A stretch of 64,000 nucleotides of DNA from the NCBI GenBank assembly GCA_965552055.1, contig CBEVQO010000001.1, positions 96,001 through 160,000 of the forward strand, in the 5' to 3' direction. The notes beneath the pieces are model-generated. The model had not been told where the DNA came from and ran no database searches. It saw only the letters and a list, made by a program, of their open reading frames with translations. The translations under genes and the position numbers were made by a program. Origin of the DNA: an uncultured bacterium. Lineage in GTDB: Bacteria > Hydrothermota > UBA3073 > NMUJ01 > CBEVQO01. Positions 37,801 through 46,870 of this stretch are shown piece after piece; the stretch's first letter is position 1, and every line of letters starts with the position of its first letter.

Positions 37801-40262
37801 TCCTTTGCCCTTACTCTCCAGTAATATTTCATATCGGATTTTAACTTTGTGGTGCATACCCACATTGTATCTGTGAACCATGGTGAAGTAATGAGATTTA
37901 CCGAATTGAAATCTTTTGTTGTATCAAGCTGTATCTGATATGCTTCGACACCAAGTGGGTCTTCTGCTTTGCTTACGAACAAAATAGGTTGTATCGCTAT
38001 GTCCGAATCGTTAGAAGCAGGGGTTGATAGTTTTACGCCTGTAGGCGGTAGTGTATCGCACATTATATAGATTGAATCTCTGGCGGTTTGACCGCCATTT
38101 AGATGGGTATAAGAGGTAACAGTGAGCCAGCCCCATTTCTTTACACCCTGTTCTATTGAATATTGTAGAGAAAATGGTTTTATAGTATCTTTTGGTCTAT
38201 CAGCAAAGAATTCTTCGCCTACAACAGAATCTGAGCCAATGCTCGTAATGTAAAGCGTGAAGACAGCAGGTCCTATTGCTCCATAATAAAGTGTATCGTT
38301 CTGGAAGACAAGATAATCATAATTCTCTTTCAGTGAATCGATTATGCATCGCAAATTGGGGTCCCATTTGAGAGTGAGGTCTTTTAATACTGGTTCTGTT
38401 CCGTCGGCATTATGGTCGAATCTCAAAAATATTCTTATAGTGTCGTAAATTTCCGGGTCAAAATGATAAATATCAAGTGTATTTACATAGCAGAAAGGTG
38501 TAGCATCTTTCCATTCGCCTGTTTCCTTATACTGCAATTTTATACCGATTGAATCACCTGTATTTGAACTAATAATTATTTTATCCCATGAAATTGGAGT
38601 TTTAGGATGATTGTTAAAGATGATTGCAGGTGTAGTTAATTCACCCCAATTTGTATTTCCAGTGATAAATACAAAATCAATACCAACAGAATTAGCAGAA
38701 TCTTGATCAGCATACTTATATTGGAAGCCGATGTGTACAGGATACCAGTCATCGAAGGTAGAAATATCATGAGACATAAGTTCCCATACATGGTCAGGTT
38801 CGACCCAGTTATCGTATAGATGAATCTGTTGCCAAGAATTTTGGCTGTCACCCGATATTTTTACTAATAAAGAATCATGCCAGTTATATCGTTGAAATAG
38901 AGCAAATTTTAAAACACAGTTTGAGACTCCTTTCAGATTTAAAGTTGGCGAGATAAGCCATTTATTAAGAGTCACGAAATCTTCATATTCATGGATTGCC
39001 GCAAGCTTGCCATAAGTTGTGGTGTTAGGTGCTGCGAAATCTCCTCTATTCCAGTACTTTGTAGCGGTTTCATTTTGTCCGCTCTTCTGTGTCCAATATC
39101 GCGGAGCAGGTAAATTATCAGGAGGACCAGAAATCCAAGGTTCTTCAAAACTTTCAGGTCCAAATATAGTATCAAGAGAAGGAGGTCGCAAAATGGTAGA
39201 ATCTTTTAAAACTTTCAAGCCGCAAGATGGATTATCGTCGAATATTTGACCATCTTTTGTTTGATGCCAATCTTCGAAAGATAAAGAGGTATTTATCGTG
39301 AAACTAAAAACTTCTGACCAATTTCCCCATTGCCCTGTGCCAGCAGGATCTTTTGCTCGCACTTTCCAGAAATAAGTTTTTCCATTAAGTAAGACTCCGG
39401 TTGCGAAAAGGTACGAAGCCGTGTCTCCACTCGCATAAAGAAGAGTAGTATCACTATCCGCGGTTTGAAAATCAAAGAGAGTATCCCAACAAATTTGATA
39501 TCTTACCTGCTGGCCTTCAGGATCAGTAGTGGTAAAATATAATCTTACGGTATCATAATAAACTCTTATATTTTCAAAAGGAGCCAATAACTTTGGAGGA
39601 TTTGGAGGATGTCCAATATAATATACTACTGCCCTGATGCAAATATCATCATCTACTAAATACCAAGTTGAATGATCGGTAGAGAAATAAGACCTTAAAT
39701 CATCTCCCACTCCATCTCCACATATAAAAACATCTCGGTTTCCTAATAAACTTTTTTGAGTTAGGCAAAAAGTGGTAATCCAAAAATCGGATGTTACTAC
39801 AGGTTTTGTACTACTAGGAACCCAGTACCAATAGACACCCGTTTGGTTATTTTGGTAAAATACTTTGTCGAGAATTGTCCCAGGGAAACTGTTGTTATCT
39901 GTTCTTATGTACATCGTGTCATCGAAAATAGGAGAAAGAGAAGCAGAATAAATGCAAATCAATGCACCCAGAATAGTGCAAGCTTCCTGCGGAGTAAACC
40001 TTACACCCCAATATTCGGTAGAAGCATCAGAGTGCCAGCCTGTAGCTGAACCTGTGTCATATTCTATAGTATCCAAGGGATACCCCTTTGTAGGAGACAA
40101 AATTTGAATTTGAGGTTTCTTTAATAACTCTCTTAATTCTTTTAATTTCTCATCTTTCTTTAATTGATTTAATAAAATCTTTTTCATAGGTGGTTTTTCA
40201 GGTGCATTTTCTTTTAAGAGAAATGCACAGAGAAATATTAAACTTAACCCTACCCCATTCAT
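34809..40262 (-). CDS. Large secreted multidomain protein with C-terminal PQQ-type beta-propeller
   Basis: Signal peptide; FN3-like YxWxVRAKD repeats; WLISPTLNL jelly-roll/adhesin-like segment; W.G..SNNW..PGNW beta-helix-start motif; repeated YFGAxDG..YALN..G...W propeller blades. Confidence 0.75.
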   Translation of the reverse strand: MNGVGLSLIFLCAFLLKENAPEKPPMKKILLNQLKKDEKLKELRELLKKPQIQILSPTKGYPLDTIEYDTGSATGWHSDASTEYWGVRFTPQEACTILGALICIYSASLSPIFDDTMYIRTDNNSFPGTILDKVFYQNNQTGVYWYWVPSSTKPVVTSDFWITTFCLTQKSLLGNRDVFICGDGVGDDLRSYFSTDHSTWYLVDDDICIRAVVYYIGHPPNPPKLLAPFENIRVYYDTVRLYFTTTDPEGQQVRYQICWDTLFDFQTADSDTTLLYASGDTASYLFATGVLLNGKTYFWKVRAKDPAGTGQWGNWSEVFSFTINTSLSFEDWHQTKDGQIFDDNPSCGLKVLKDSTILRPPSLDTIFGPESFEEPWISGPPDNLPAPRYWTQKSGQNETATKYWNRGDFAAPNTTTYGKLAAIHEYEDFVTLNKWLISPTLNLKGVSNCVLKFALFQRYNWHDSLLVKISGDSQNSWQQIHLYDNWVEPDHVWELMSHDISTFDDWYPVHIGFQYKYADQDSANSVGIDFVFITGNTNWGELTTPAIIFNNHPKTPISWDKIIISSNTGDSIGIKLQYKETGEWKDATPFCYVNTLDIYHFDPEIYDTIRIFLRFDHNADGTEPVLKDLTLKWDPNLRCIIDSLKENYDYLVFQNDTLYYGAIGPAVFTLYITSIGSDSVVGEEFFADRPKDTIKPFSLQYSIEQGVKKWGWLTVTSYTHLNGGQTARDSIYIMCDTLPPTGVKLSTPASNDSDIAIQPILFVSKAEDPLGVEAYQIQLDTTKDFNSVNLITSPWFTDTMWVCTTKLKSDMKYYWRVRAKDKGGNISIWCGRSADVAGCDSFKTAKLSVYIDSIKWAKHTYARVYSAYPWLKIYYRTDNTPNIPNATQCTIFVSSDSTLDSVVGSTAFGDTPKDKNGAPYFLVYKIDQGDPAETEITITAYRKDLKGKRKIELVLDNANPTNLFTIYPHYSLLNKVPRNPAIIFSYGSDNSPGPIYHGVQLDSGNAIITSSPEYQKWGWDEDTTWSPTPPLLGKTKYKYRVWYKDCVGNRTSIIDSFYTKGEPYFWEGDISNNWHTPGNWDSDETPMSTPPYSKVFIQEDATRKKCSSLSDISYSNNLVIDQPCTLWINNNSGGFIFAGTSIKNDGLIRTYGVANDSFLVESEICTLKGSGMWYGKFVFESEKVIIPAGCTLRIESGDNICFYFRETKEFINKGVIIAEDSMDTYPELVFCKSAVLKGGGIYKNVGIKTLPPNCDTLKLMQDLTHVGFIKIGSGCCFNLNGYDVETKGLYLTGKLIFDSTSTVKIFDSLHVTSQGKLTLKDGAKLYLGNKAIIEGDFTAQGLAPPEIISTSQNDYFVIKQIKNDLNIQHLVIEGVDTFLIDSLTNIIAFDNIYFGKIKSDGVYLKLIRKTSSTFKDTFNGLTFSDSSCKYNIWLKNGDTLWVINHGGEATGENYEFEEGGVIEWSEKFGSVRWIYPEQKDKYIGEIRSSAIIYNGRCYIGDELGKFYALDINTGDTIWTLKLSGAIRGIPSYFGGKIYLGTYGVNAKVYAIEDEGNSPNVLWSYDVPGAIVGAVISDGDRVYFGASDGNIYALNATNGQEAWNTPYSTNGSICSSPCVNKSANSIAIGSDIDTLFKINAENGDWTGAKALGGDVKAAPWYDFYSDKIYVGSYGTDFYCIDFTNFNVVWTFTNPSSGIHTMCWQDFFVPGRYIYFVDVGGKLWVVDTLGNQNPYGWTTYPFDAGSPIHALPIVWNKVCYFGADNGFFYAINKETGELIWKYNTGSVILSLPSISVSDSCIVIGTKKGKVYCFWLAHTH

Positions 40263-40273
40263 CCTTCTTGGTT

Positions 40274-40301
40274 AATTTAATTCAAATTTTTCAATTGTCA
40301 A
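40274..40301 (-). promoter_or_regulatory. Promoter of the large secreted protein gene
   Basis: TTGACA (40301-40296), 16 bp, TAAATT (40279-40274). Confidence 0.65.
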
Positions 40302-40345
40302 GAAAAAATTTATCAAATTTTATCTTTTTTATCTTTAAAAATGGG

Positions 40346-40373
40346 TTGACAAAATAAAAATACAAAATATAAT
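40346..40373 (+). promoter_or_regulatory. Consensus promoter of the DUF2520 gene
   Basis: TTGACA 40346-40351, 16 bp, TATAAT 40368-40373. Confidence 0.82.
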
Positions 40374-40387
40374 TATGGGGACAGAAA

Positions 40388-41158
40388 TTGAATAAGATAG
40401 GGATAATAGGTGCAGGTAGAGCAGGAACTGCTTTTGGATATTCACTTCATCTTTCGGGTTATAAAATAATTGCTTTTCTGGAAAAAAATGAAATCAATGC
40501 AAAAAAATTTATGCAACTTACAGAATGTAAAAATTGGGAAAAGACCCCTTCTCAAATCTTTAAAGAATGTGATATCCTGTTTTTTACTTTGCCCGATGAT
40601 TTAATTGAAAAGATAAGTAATGAAATGTGGGAAAATGATTTTATAAATGAAAATGTGTTTTTGTTTCATGCAAGCGGTGCTTTGCCTTCTTCTATTTTAC
40701 CGGGTAAAAGAAGAGCATCAATTCATCCCTGTATCTCCATAAATTTTGAGAAATTCCCTGAAAATACAAATTTTGTGATAGAAGGAGATGAGGTAGCCAT
40801 TGAGAAAGCAAAAGAAATCGTTGAAAAATTGAAAGGCAAATATTACATAATAGATAAAGATAAAAAGTTGCTTTATCATTCTGCACTCTGTTTTGTATCG
40901 CCTTTCTGTTATACTCTTTTGCTAATCGGTGAAAAAATATTGAGAGATTTGAATTTGCCACAAAATTTGATTTGCGATTTATTTATGAGTATATGTAGAA
41001 ATTTGAAGGAGAAAGGAATTAGGGAGAGCATGACGGGTCCTCATTTGCGAGGCGATGTGAATTTGATAAAAAAGGAGATTGATGAATTAAAGAAAAAATA
41101 TCCTCAATTTTCAGAAATTTATCGTCTTCTTACGGATGCACTATTTAAATTGAAATAG
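40388..41158 (+). CDS. Rossmann-like plus DUF2520 oxidoreductase (PanG-like)
   Basis: IGAGRAG, TLPDD, HASGA, SIHP, LYHSA, MTGP..RGD; TTG start after GGGGA. Confidence 0.85.
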   Translation: MNKIGIIGAGRAGTAFGYSLHLSGYKIIAFLEKNEINAKKFMQLTECKNWEKTPSQIFKECDILFFTLPDDLIEKISNEMWENDFINENVFLFHASGALPSSILPGKRRASIHPCISINFEKFPENTNFVIEGDEVAIEKAKEIVEKLKGKYYIIDKDKKLLYHSALCFVSPFCYTLLLIGEKILRDLNLPQNLICDLFMSICRNLKEKGIRESMTGPHLRGDVNLIKKEIDELKKKYPQFSEIYRLLTDALFKLK

Positions 41159-41815
41159 CTTTTGCAATTCCTTTGCGAGAGATAAAATTTCACTCGCATC
41201 CTTTTCATCTATTTCAGCATCATAATCATATCTTGCGCTATTCCTTATCTTCAGTGCTTTTTTCAATCTTTTTGCAATTTCTTTTGAAATTTTACCTTTT
41301 TTGCATAGTAATTCTTCCATTTCGTCCAATAATAATGCTTTTATCATCAATTCGCATGCATTATATCCAGTATCGCACACTATTCTGTATTTTTCTTTTC
41401 TGAAAAGCATTTCTGCTGTTTCGAGGTATTCCTTTGCCAATAAAAATAATTTTTCCTTAACTTCTCTTTTTATTTCCTCATCGCCCATAGTATAAACCTC
41501 CTTTCCATATTTTTTAACAGTGTAAATGAAATAATTTGGGATATACCATTTAATCACGGGGTAAACAAGAGTTTCTATTACTTCTCTCTTTTCCATCATT
41601 AAGTCAAAAGATATATCATCTACTTTTTCTTCTAACTTTTTCCTTTCCTTTTCGGAGCCGAATGCAAAAATCAAGATATCAATATCGCTATCAGATGTGG
41701 GAGTACCCTCTGCTACACTACCGTATAGTAAAATTTTTGCTATTTTATCTGTAGAATGAGTTATTCTTTTGACGAATTCTTCAACGACATTCAATTTTTT
41801 AGAGAGTATTTTCAT
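41141..41815 (-). CDS. Fused minimal nucleotidyltransferase (MNT) and HEPN domain protein
   Basis: LYGSVAEG...SDSDIDILI (MNT); AKEYLETAE..YR...GYNACEL..KALL...RNSARYD (HEPN). Start ATG 41815 is 5 nt below the promoter. Confidence 0.85.
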   Translation of the reverse strand: MKILSKKLNVVEEFVKRITHSTDKIAKILLYGSVAEGTPTSDSDIDILIFAFGSEKERKKLEEKVDDISFDLMMEKREVIETLVYPVIKWYIPNYFIYTVKKYGKEVYTMGDEEIKREVKEKLFLLAKEYLETAEMLFRKEKYRIVCDTGYNACELMIKALLLDEMEELLCKKGKISKEIAKRLKKALKIRNSARYDYDAEIDEKDASEILSLAKELQKLFQFK

Positions 41816-41820
41816 CTTAT

Positions 41821-41848
41821 ATTTTACTGGATTAACTGAAAAAGTCAA
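41821..41848 (-). promoter_or_regulatory. Promoter of MNT-HEPN, probably leaderless
   Basis: TTGACT (41848-41843), 16 bp, TAAAAT (41826-41821), 5 nt, ATG 41815. Confidence 0.75.
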
Positions 41849-41866
41849 CTTAATTTTGAAAAAAGC

Positions 41867-41893
41867 TTGACAAAATAAAATTTTGATTATTTT
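41867..41893 (+). promoter_or_regulatory. Promoter of the rplM superoperon
   Basis: TTGACA 41867-41872, 15 bp, TATTTT 41888-41893; in-frame ATGs at 41896, 41902 and 41905 with no SD. Confidence 0.7.
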
Positions 41894-41895
41894 TA

Positions 41896-42306
41896 ATGCA
41901 AATGATGGTTGAGCGTAAATGGTATCTGGTTGATGCGGAGGGCAAGGTTCTGGGGAGGTTGGCGTCAGAAATTGCCCGCATTTTACAGGGCAAGCACAAG
42001 CCAGAATATGCTCCTCATAAAGATGTCGGTGATTTTGTAATCTGTGTAAATGCTGAAAAGGTTGTTTTAACAGGAAAGAAGTTAAAGCAAAAATATTATA
42101 CAAAATATTCGGGATATCCAGGTGGTTTAAAAATAATTCCTCTTGAGAAGTTAATGGAGAAGAAGCCCGAGTGGGTCATCTGGCATGCGGTTAAGGGTAT
42201 GCTTCCCAAGAATAAGCTTGGCAGGAGGATGATAAAAAGGTTAAAGGTTTACAGGGGTCCCGAACATCCCCATCATGCTCAGAAGCCTGAGAAGATTGAG
42301 ATATAG
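41896..42306 (+). CDS. rplM: 50S ribosomal protein L13
   Basis: [38 protein letters not shown]. Exact start is uncertain (41896/41902/41905). Confidence 0.97.
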   Translation: MQMMVERKWYLVDAEGKVLGRLASEIARILQGKHKPEYAPHKDVGDFVICVNAEKVVLTGKKLKQKYYTKYSGYPGGLKIIPLEKLMEKKPEWVIWHAVKGMLPKNKLGRRMIKRLKVYRGPEHPHHAQKPEKIEI

Positions 42307-42314
42307 GGGGTGAG

Positions 42315-42707
42315 ATGTCTGCGGAGTTTATACATGCAGTAGGCAAAAGGAAGACAGCTACTGCGAGAGTCTGGCTAAAACCCGGCACCGGCAAAATTAA
42401 AATAAACAAAAAAGACCCATTAACATATTTTAAAAGGGAAGACCTTGTAAAGGATATGCTTACTCCGCTTTATCTCACCGGGTTGCAGGATAAGGTTGAT
42501 GTTATGGTGCTCGTATCAGGAGGAGGGCTATCTGGTCAGGCAGGTGCAGTTCGCCATGGTATCGCAAGAGCATTGTTGAAATTTAATCCGGACTTAAAGG
42601 ATATATTAAGGGAATATGGGTTATTGACGAGAGATGCCCGAAAGAAAGAAAGAAGGAAATATGGCAGGGTTAAAGCGAGGAAATCGCCTCAATGGACAAA
42701 GAGATGA
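42315..42707 (+). CDS. rpsI: 30S ribosomal protein S9
   Basis: GKRKTATARV, GGGLSGQAGAVRHGIARAL, C-terminal PQWTKR. Confidence 0.97.
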   Translation: MSAEFIHAVGKRKTATARVWLKPGTGKIKINKKDPLTYFKREDLVKDMLTPLYLTGLQDKVDVMVLVSGGGLSGQAGAVRHGIARALLKFNPDLKDILREYGLLTRDARKKERRKYGRVKARKSPQWTKR

Positions 42708-43402
42708 GGGAAGTTACTCTTAAAGATTTATTTGAGGCTGGTGCACATTTTGGTCACAAGCGCGAAGCATGGCATCCTGCTATGAAAAAATACATACTCG
42801 CTGATAAGAGCGGAATACATATAATTGATATTGAAAAGACACTCGAATTGTTGAAGAAAGCAGGAGAATTTGTGAAAGAGAAGGCAAGCAAGGGTGCAGA
42901 ATTCTTATTTGTTGGTACAAAACAGCAAATCAAAGAGGTGATAAAAGAAGAAGCAAAAAGATGCGGAGCACATTATGTTACAGAAAGATGGCTCGGTGGT
43001 ACTCTTACAAATTTTGAAACGATTAAAAAGAGTATAGCAAATCTTAAAGAAATGGAAAGGATGAAAGAAGAAGGGGAATATGATAAATTATCCAAGAAAG
43101 AGAAAGTTAGATTTGATAAAAAACTTGCAAAATTACAGAGAATATTGCAGGGGATCAGGGATATGGAACGCTTACCCGATGTTGTATTCATTGCGGATAT
43201 CAGAAGAGAAGGTGTTGCATTGAGAGAATGTCAGAAATTGGGAATTCCTGTTGTTGCGATAATTGATACAAATGCCGACCCAAGGGAGGTTCAATATCCC
43301 ATACCTGCGAATGATGATGCGATAAAATCCGTTCAAATAATAACAAGTTACATTGCAGATGCAATAATTGAAGGTAGAGGTCTGGCAGAAAAGGGAGCTT
43401 AA
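42704..43402 (+). CDS. rpsB: 30S ribosomal protein S2
   Basis: [37 protein letters not shown] overlap with rpsI. Confidence 0.97.
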   Translation: MREVTLKDLFEAGAHFGHKREAWHPAMKKYILADKSGIHIIDIEKTLELLKKAGEFVKEKASKGAEFLFVGTKQQIKEVIKEEAKRCGAHYVTERWLGGTLTNFETIKKSIANLKEMERMKEEGEYDKLSKKEKVRFDKKLAKLQRILQGIRDMERLPDVVFIADIRREGVALRECQKLGIPVVAIIDTNADPREVQYPIPANDDAIKSVQIITSYIADAIIEGRGLAEKGA

Positions 43403-43403
43403 A

Positions 43404-43997
43404 ATGAAGGTAGATATTGAATTAATAAAAGAATTGAGGAAAAGGACAGGAGCAGGAGTTGTTGACTGTAAGAAGGCGCTTGAGAAAACAGGTGGTGATA
43501 TCGAAAAAGCAATAGAGGAACTTCGTAAGATGGGTGTTGCAAAAGCTGTTAAGAAAATGAGCAGGGAAACCACGCAGGGGATAATAGATGCATACATTCA
43601 TGTTGGCAACAGGATAGGAGTACTTGTGGAATTAAATTGTGAAACAGATTTCACTGCCCGCACAGAAGAATTTAAAAAGTTAGCACACGAGATAGCCAAA
43701 CAGATAGCTGCTATGAACCCCAAATGGATATCCCGTGAAGATGTTCCAAAGGAAATAATTGAAAAAGAGAAAAAGATTTATGAGGAACAGGCAAAGAGAG
43801 AAGGGAAACCCGAAAAAGCCATCCCCCGCATAGTTGAAGGAAGATTGGAGAAATTTTTCAAAGAAAATTGCCTGCTTGAACAACCATATATCTGGAATGA
43901 GAAAATAACGATTGATGAATTGATAAAAGAGCACATTTCAAAATTTAGTGAAAATATTAAAGTAAAGCGATTCGTCAGATTTGAAGTCGGGGAGTAA
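43404..43997 (+). CDS. tsf: Elongation factor Ts (short form)
   Basis: [41 protein letters not shown]. Confidence 0.97.
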   Translation: MKVDIELIKELRKRTGAGVVDCKKALEKTGGDIEKAIEELRKMGVAKAVKKMSRETTQGIIDAYIHVGNRIGVLVELNCETDFTARTEEFKKLAHEIAKQIAAMNPKWISREDVPKEIIEKEKKIYEEQAKREGKPEKAIPRIVEGRLEKFFKENCLLEQPYIWNEKITIDELIKEHISKFSENIKVKRFVRFEVGE

Positions 43998-44709
43998 TCT
44001 CAAAAGAATAATCCTGAAAATAAGTGGAGAGCTGTTTAAGGGTGAAGATAGTTCGCTTAATATTCCTTTTATAGAGGAATTTGCAAGGGAGCTCGTTGAA
44101 GCCAAAAATTTGGGGATAGAGCTTGCTGTTCTGGTGGGCGGAGGTAATTTTTTCAGAGGCGAGAAATTATCAAAAGAGTTCGCTTTACCACAATTAATGC
44201 TCGATTATGCAGGCACTCTGTCAACCGTGATAAATGGAATTATTTTAATGTCAATATTTGAAAAAATGGGACAAAATTCAAGAGTTTTAAATGCATATAA
44301 AATAGGTGAATTTATAGAGCAGTATGAACCAAAGCATGCCATATCTTATCTTGAAGGGGGCGATATCGTTATATTAACAGGTGGACTCGGTATACCCTTT
44401 ATCACAACAGATACTGCCACAGCATTAAGGGGAATAGAACTCGGTGTAGATATAGTTTTAAAGGGCACGAAGGTCGAAGGAGTTTATGATGCAGACCCCA
44501 TGGAAAATCCAGATGCAAAATTTTATCGCAAAATAAGTTATGAAGAAGTTTTAAGAAATAAACTCGGAATTATGGATTTGACGGCAGTTACACTTTGTAT
44601 GAAAAAAAGAATACCTATAAGGGTTTTTAATTTTAAAGAAAGAGGGAATTTAATTAAAATTTTAAAAGGCAAGGATATAGGAACCTTTATAGGGGGTGAA
44701 GATGAATGA
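43981..44709 (+). CDS. pyrH: Uridylate kinase
   Basis: [30 protein letters not shown]; conserved tsf-pyrH-frr order. Confidence 0.95.
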   Translation: MKSGSNLKRIILKISGELFKGEDSSLNIPFIEEFARELVEAKNLGIELAVLVGGGNFFRGEKLSKEFALPQLMLDYAGTLSTVINGIILMSIFEKMGQNSRVLNAYKIGEFIEQYEPKHAISYLEGGDIVILTGGLGIPFITTDTATALRGIELGVDIVLKGTKVEGVYDADPMENPDAKFYRKISYEEVLRNKLGIMDLTAVTLCMKKRIPIRVFNFKERGNLIKILKGKDIGTFIGGEDE

Positions 44710-45259
44710 GGAAGTTATAAAAGATATAATAAAAGAGGCAGAAAAAAAGATGGAGAAGTCGGTTGAATTTGTGAAAAAGGAGCTAATGAGGATAAGGGCG
44801 GGCGAAGGCAATCCTGGCATGCTTGAAGGCATAAAAGTAGAAGCTTACGATACTGTTCTGCCATTGAATCAGGTAGCATCGATTGTTTGCCCTGAGCCCC
44901 GTCTTATAGTTATTAAACCATGGGATAAAACTATCTTGCCAAACATCAAAAAAGCGATAATGAAAAGTGACCTTGGAATCACACCTGTAGAGGATGGAAA
45001 TGCCCTTAAATTGCCGATACCGCCTTTGACCGACGAGAGAAGGAAAGAACTTATAAAGATGGTGAAAAAAATAGTTGAAGAAGGTAAAGTATCCATAAGA
45101 AATATAAGGCGTGATGCCATCGAAAAGATAAAAGAATTAGAGCATGTATCCGAGGATGATATAAAACGAGGAGAAAAAGAAGTTCAGAAGAAGACAGATG
45201 AATACATAGAAAAACTGGATGAACTTTTTGAAAAGAAAGCAAAAGAAATAGAAAGTTGA
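44702..45259 (+). CDS. frr: Ribosome recycling factor
   Basis: IRAG, PLNQVASI, PPLTDERRKEL, IRNIRRDA. Confidence 0.97.
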   Translation: MNEEVIKDIIKEAEKKMEKSVEFVKKELMRIRAGEGNPGMLEGIKVEAYDTVLPLNQVASIVCPEPRLIVIKPWDKTILPNIKKAIMKSDLGITPVEDGNALKLPIPPLTDERRKELIKMVKKIVEEGKVSIRNIRRDAIEKIKELEHVSEDDIKRGEKEVQKKTDEYIEKLDELFEKKAKEIES

Positions 45260-45981
45260 AAGAGATAGACCTTGAAAAATACGGAATTGACCCTAAGAAT
45301 CTTCCCCGTCATATTGCTATAATAATGGATGGTAATGGGAGATGGGCGAAAAAGAGGGGCTTGCCACGGGTTGAAGGTCACAGGAAAGGAGTTGAATCTG
45401 TTCGCGATATTGTGGAATCATGTGGAGTAATAGGGATAAAGCAGTTAACACTTTATACCTTTTCGGAAGAAAACTGGTATAGACCCAAACCCGAAGTAAT
45501 TGCATTGATGAAGTTGCTTAACGAATTGCTCGATAAAGAATTGCCAGAGTTTATGGAGAATAATGTAAAAGTATCTTTTATCGGCAGGATTTATAAACTT
45601 CCAAGGTCTTTACAGCGAAAGATAAGGAAAGTGGAAGAAGCAACCGGGAAAAATACGGGTTTACATTTGATACTTGCGATAAGCTATGGTGGTAGAGATG
45701 AAATAATAGATGCGGTTAATAAAATAATAGAAGCAGGATTGAGGAAAGTTAACGAACGAATTTTCAGAAAGTATTTGTATCTGCCGGAGATGGAAGACCC
45801 TGATTTGCTCATAAGGACAGGTGGAGAGATGAGGGTTTCGAACTTTTTACTTTATCAAATTGCTTACACCGAGCTATGGGTTACAGATGTCTTATGGCCT
45901 GATTTTCGCACCGAACATTTATTACAGGCAATAAGGGATTATCAAAAGAGAGAAAGGAGATTCGGGAGGGTTCTTGAGTGA
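45256..45981 (+). CDS. uppS: Undecaprenyl diphosphate synthase
   Basis: HIAIIMDGNGRWA, FSEENW.RP..EV, DPDLLIRTGGE.RVSNFLLYQ, RRFG. Confidence 0.97.
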   Translation: MKEIDLEKYGIDPKNLPRHIAIIMDGNGRWAKKRGLPRVEGHRKGVESVRDIVESCGVIGIKQLTLYTFSEENWYRPKPEVIALMKLLNELLDKELPEFMENNVKVSFIGRIYKLPRSLQRKIRKVEEATGKNTGLHLILAISYGGRDEIIDAVNKIIEAGLRKVNERIFRKYLYLPEMEDPDLLIRTGGEMRVSNFLLYQIAYTELWVTDVLWPDFRTEHLLQAIRDYQKRERRFGRVLE

Positions 45982-46870
45982 GCTTTCAAAAAGGATAATA
46001 ACTGCTGTTATTTTTTTGCCTGTACTGGTATGTCTTGCTACTATCGGCAGGATTTATTATGTGATACTGGTTGAAATAGGGATAATACTCGGCACTTATG
46101 AATTTTTCAAAATACTTGAAGCAAGGGGCTTACAGCCCTATAAGAAGCTCGGTATACTGGCAGGGGTATTGCTTGGTCTAGTTTGCTATTACAAGAGTTA
46201 TATCTTTACCATGTTCGTTTTGACATGTTTGATTCTTGTTCTATCTGTTTCCGAGCTTACCCGTAAGAAGGTTGAGCATGCTATTTATCACATGTCTGGT
46301 ACAGTCTTCGGTATGCTTTATGTATCGTGGCTGTTCAGTCACCTGATACTTTTGCGTGAGATACCCAAATTTTTGCATTATAGATTTGATTATGATATGG
46401 GTATAAGTTTTTCCCTTTTACCCTTTTTAATAGCATGGATAAATGACACATTTGCATATTTTGGTGGGAGGCGATATGGCAGGAATCCTCTTTTTCCGCG
46501 CGTAAGTCCGAAGAAGACATGGGAAGGTGCCATCACAGGTGCATTAAGTGTTTTGATTACCCTGTTTTTAATCAAATGGATATCGGGTTGCGGAAGCGGT
46601 CAGGAGCTTTCGTTGAAATTTTTAACCTCTTTTTATCACCTTTTCAGATACTATTTAACATGGTATGATTGCGTTATTCTCGGTATTTTCGGTCCTTTAC
46701 TTGCGGTAGTGGGTGACCTAGTTGAATCTCTTCTAAAGCGCGATGCTTCGCTAAAAGATGCTTCAAAGATAATACCAGGACACGGTGGCATACTTGATAG
46801 ATTTGATAGTATACTTTTTGTAGCTCCATTTGTTTATTATTATTTGAGATTTGTTGTTTTACAGAGATGA
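45974..46870 (+). CDS. cdsA: Phosphatidate cytidylyltransferase
   Basis: DTFAYFGG, VSPKKTWEG, GDLVESLLKRD...KD...IPGHGGILDRFDS. Confidence 0.96.
   Translation: MSELSKRIITAVIFLPVLVCLATIGRIYYVILVEIGIILGTYEFFKILEARGLQPYKKLGILAGVLLGLVCYYKSYIFTMFVLTCLILVLSVSELTRKKVEHAIYHMSGTVFGMLYVSWLFSHLILLREIPKFLHYRFDYDMGISFSLLPFLIAWINDTFAYFGGRRYGRNPLFPRVSPKKTWEGAITGALSVLITLFLIKWISGCGSGQELSLKFLTSFYHLFRYYLTWYDCVILGIFGPLLAVVGDLVESLLKRDASLKDASKIIPGHGGILDRFDSILFVAPFVYYYLRFVVLQR

Noticed and set aside
41816..42103. N-terminal 96 aa of the 320-aa ORF-track call 41141..42103
   Set aside because: It is antisense to rplM and spans two promoters; the MNT domain starts at ATG 41815, 5 nt below a -10 box.
43404..43997. 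Short EF-Ts as a truncated pseudogene
   Set aside because: EF-Ts of about 200 aa is a known natural form (e.g. Thermus-type), and both termini are intact.
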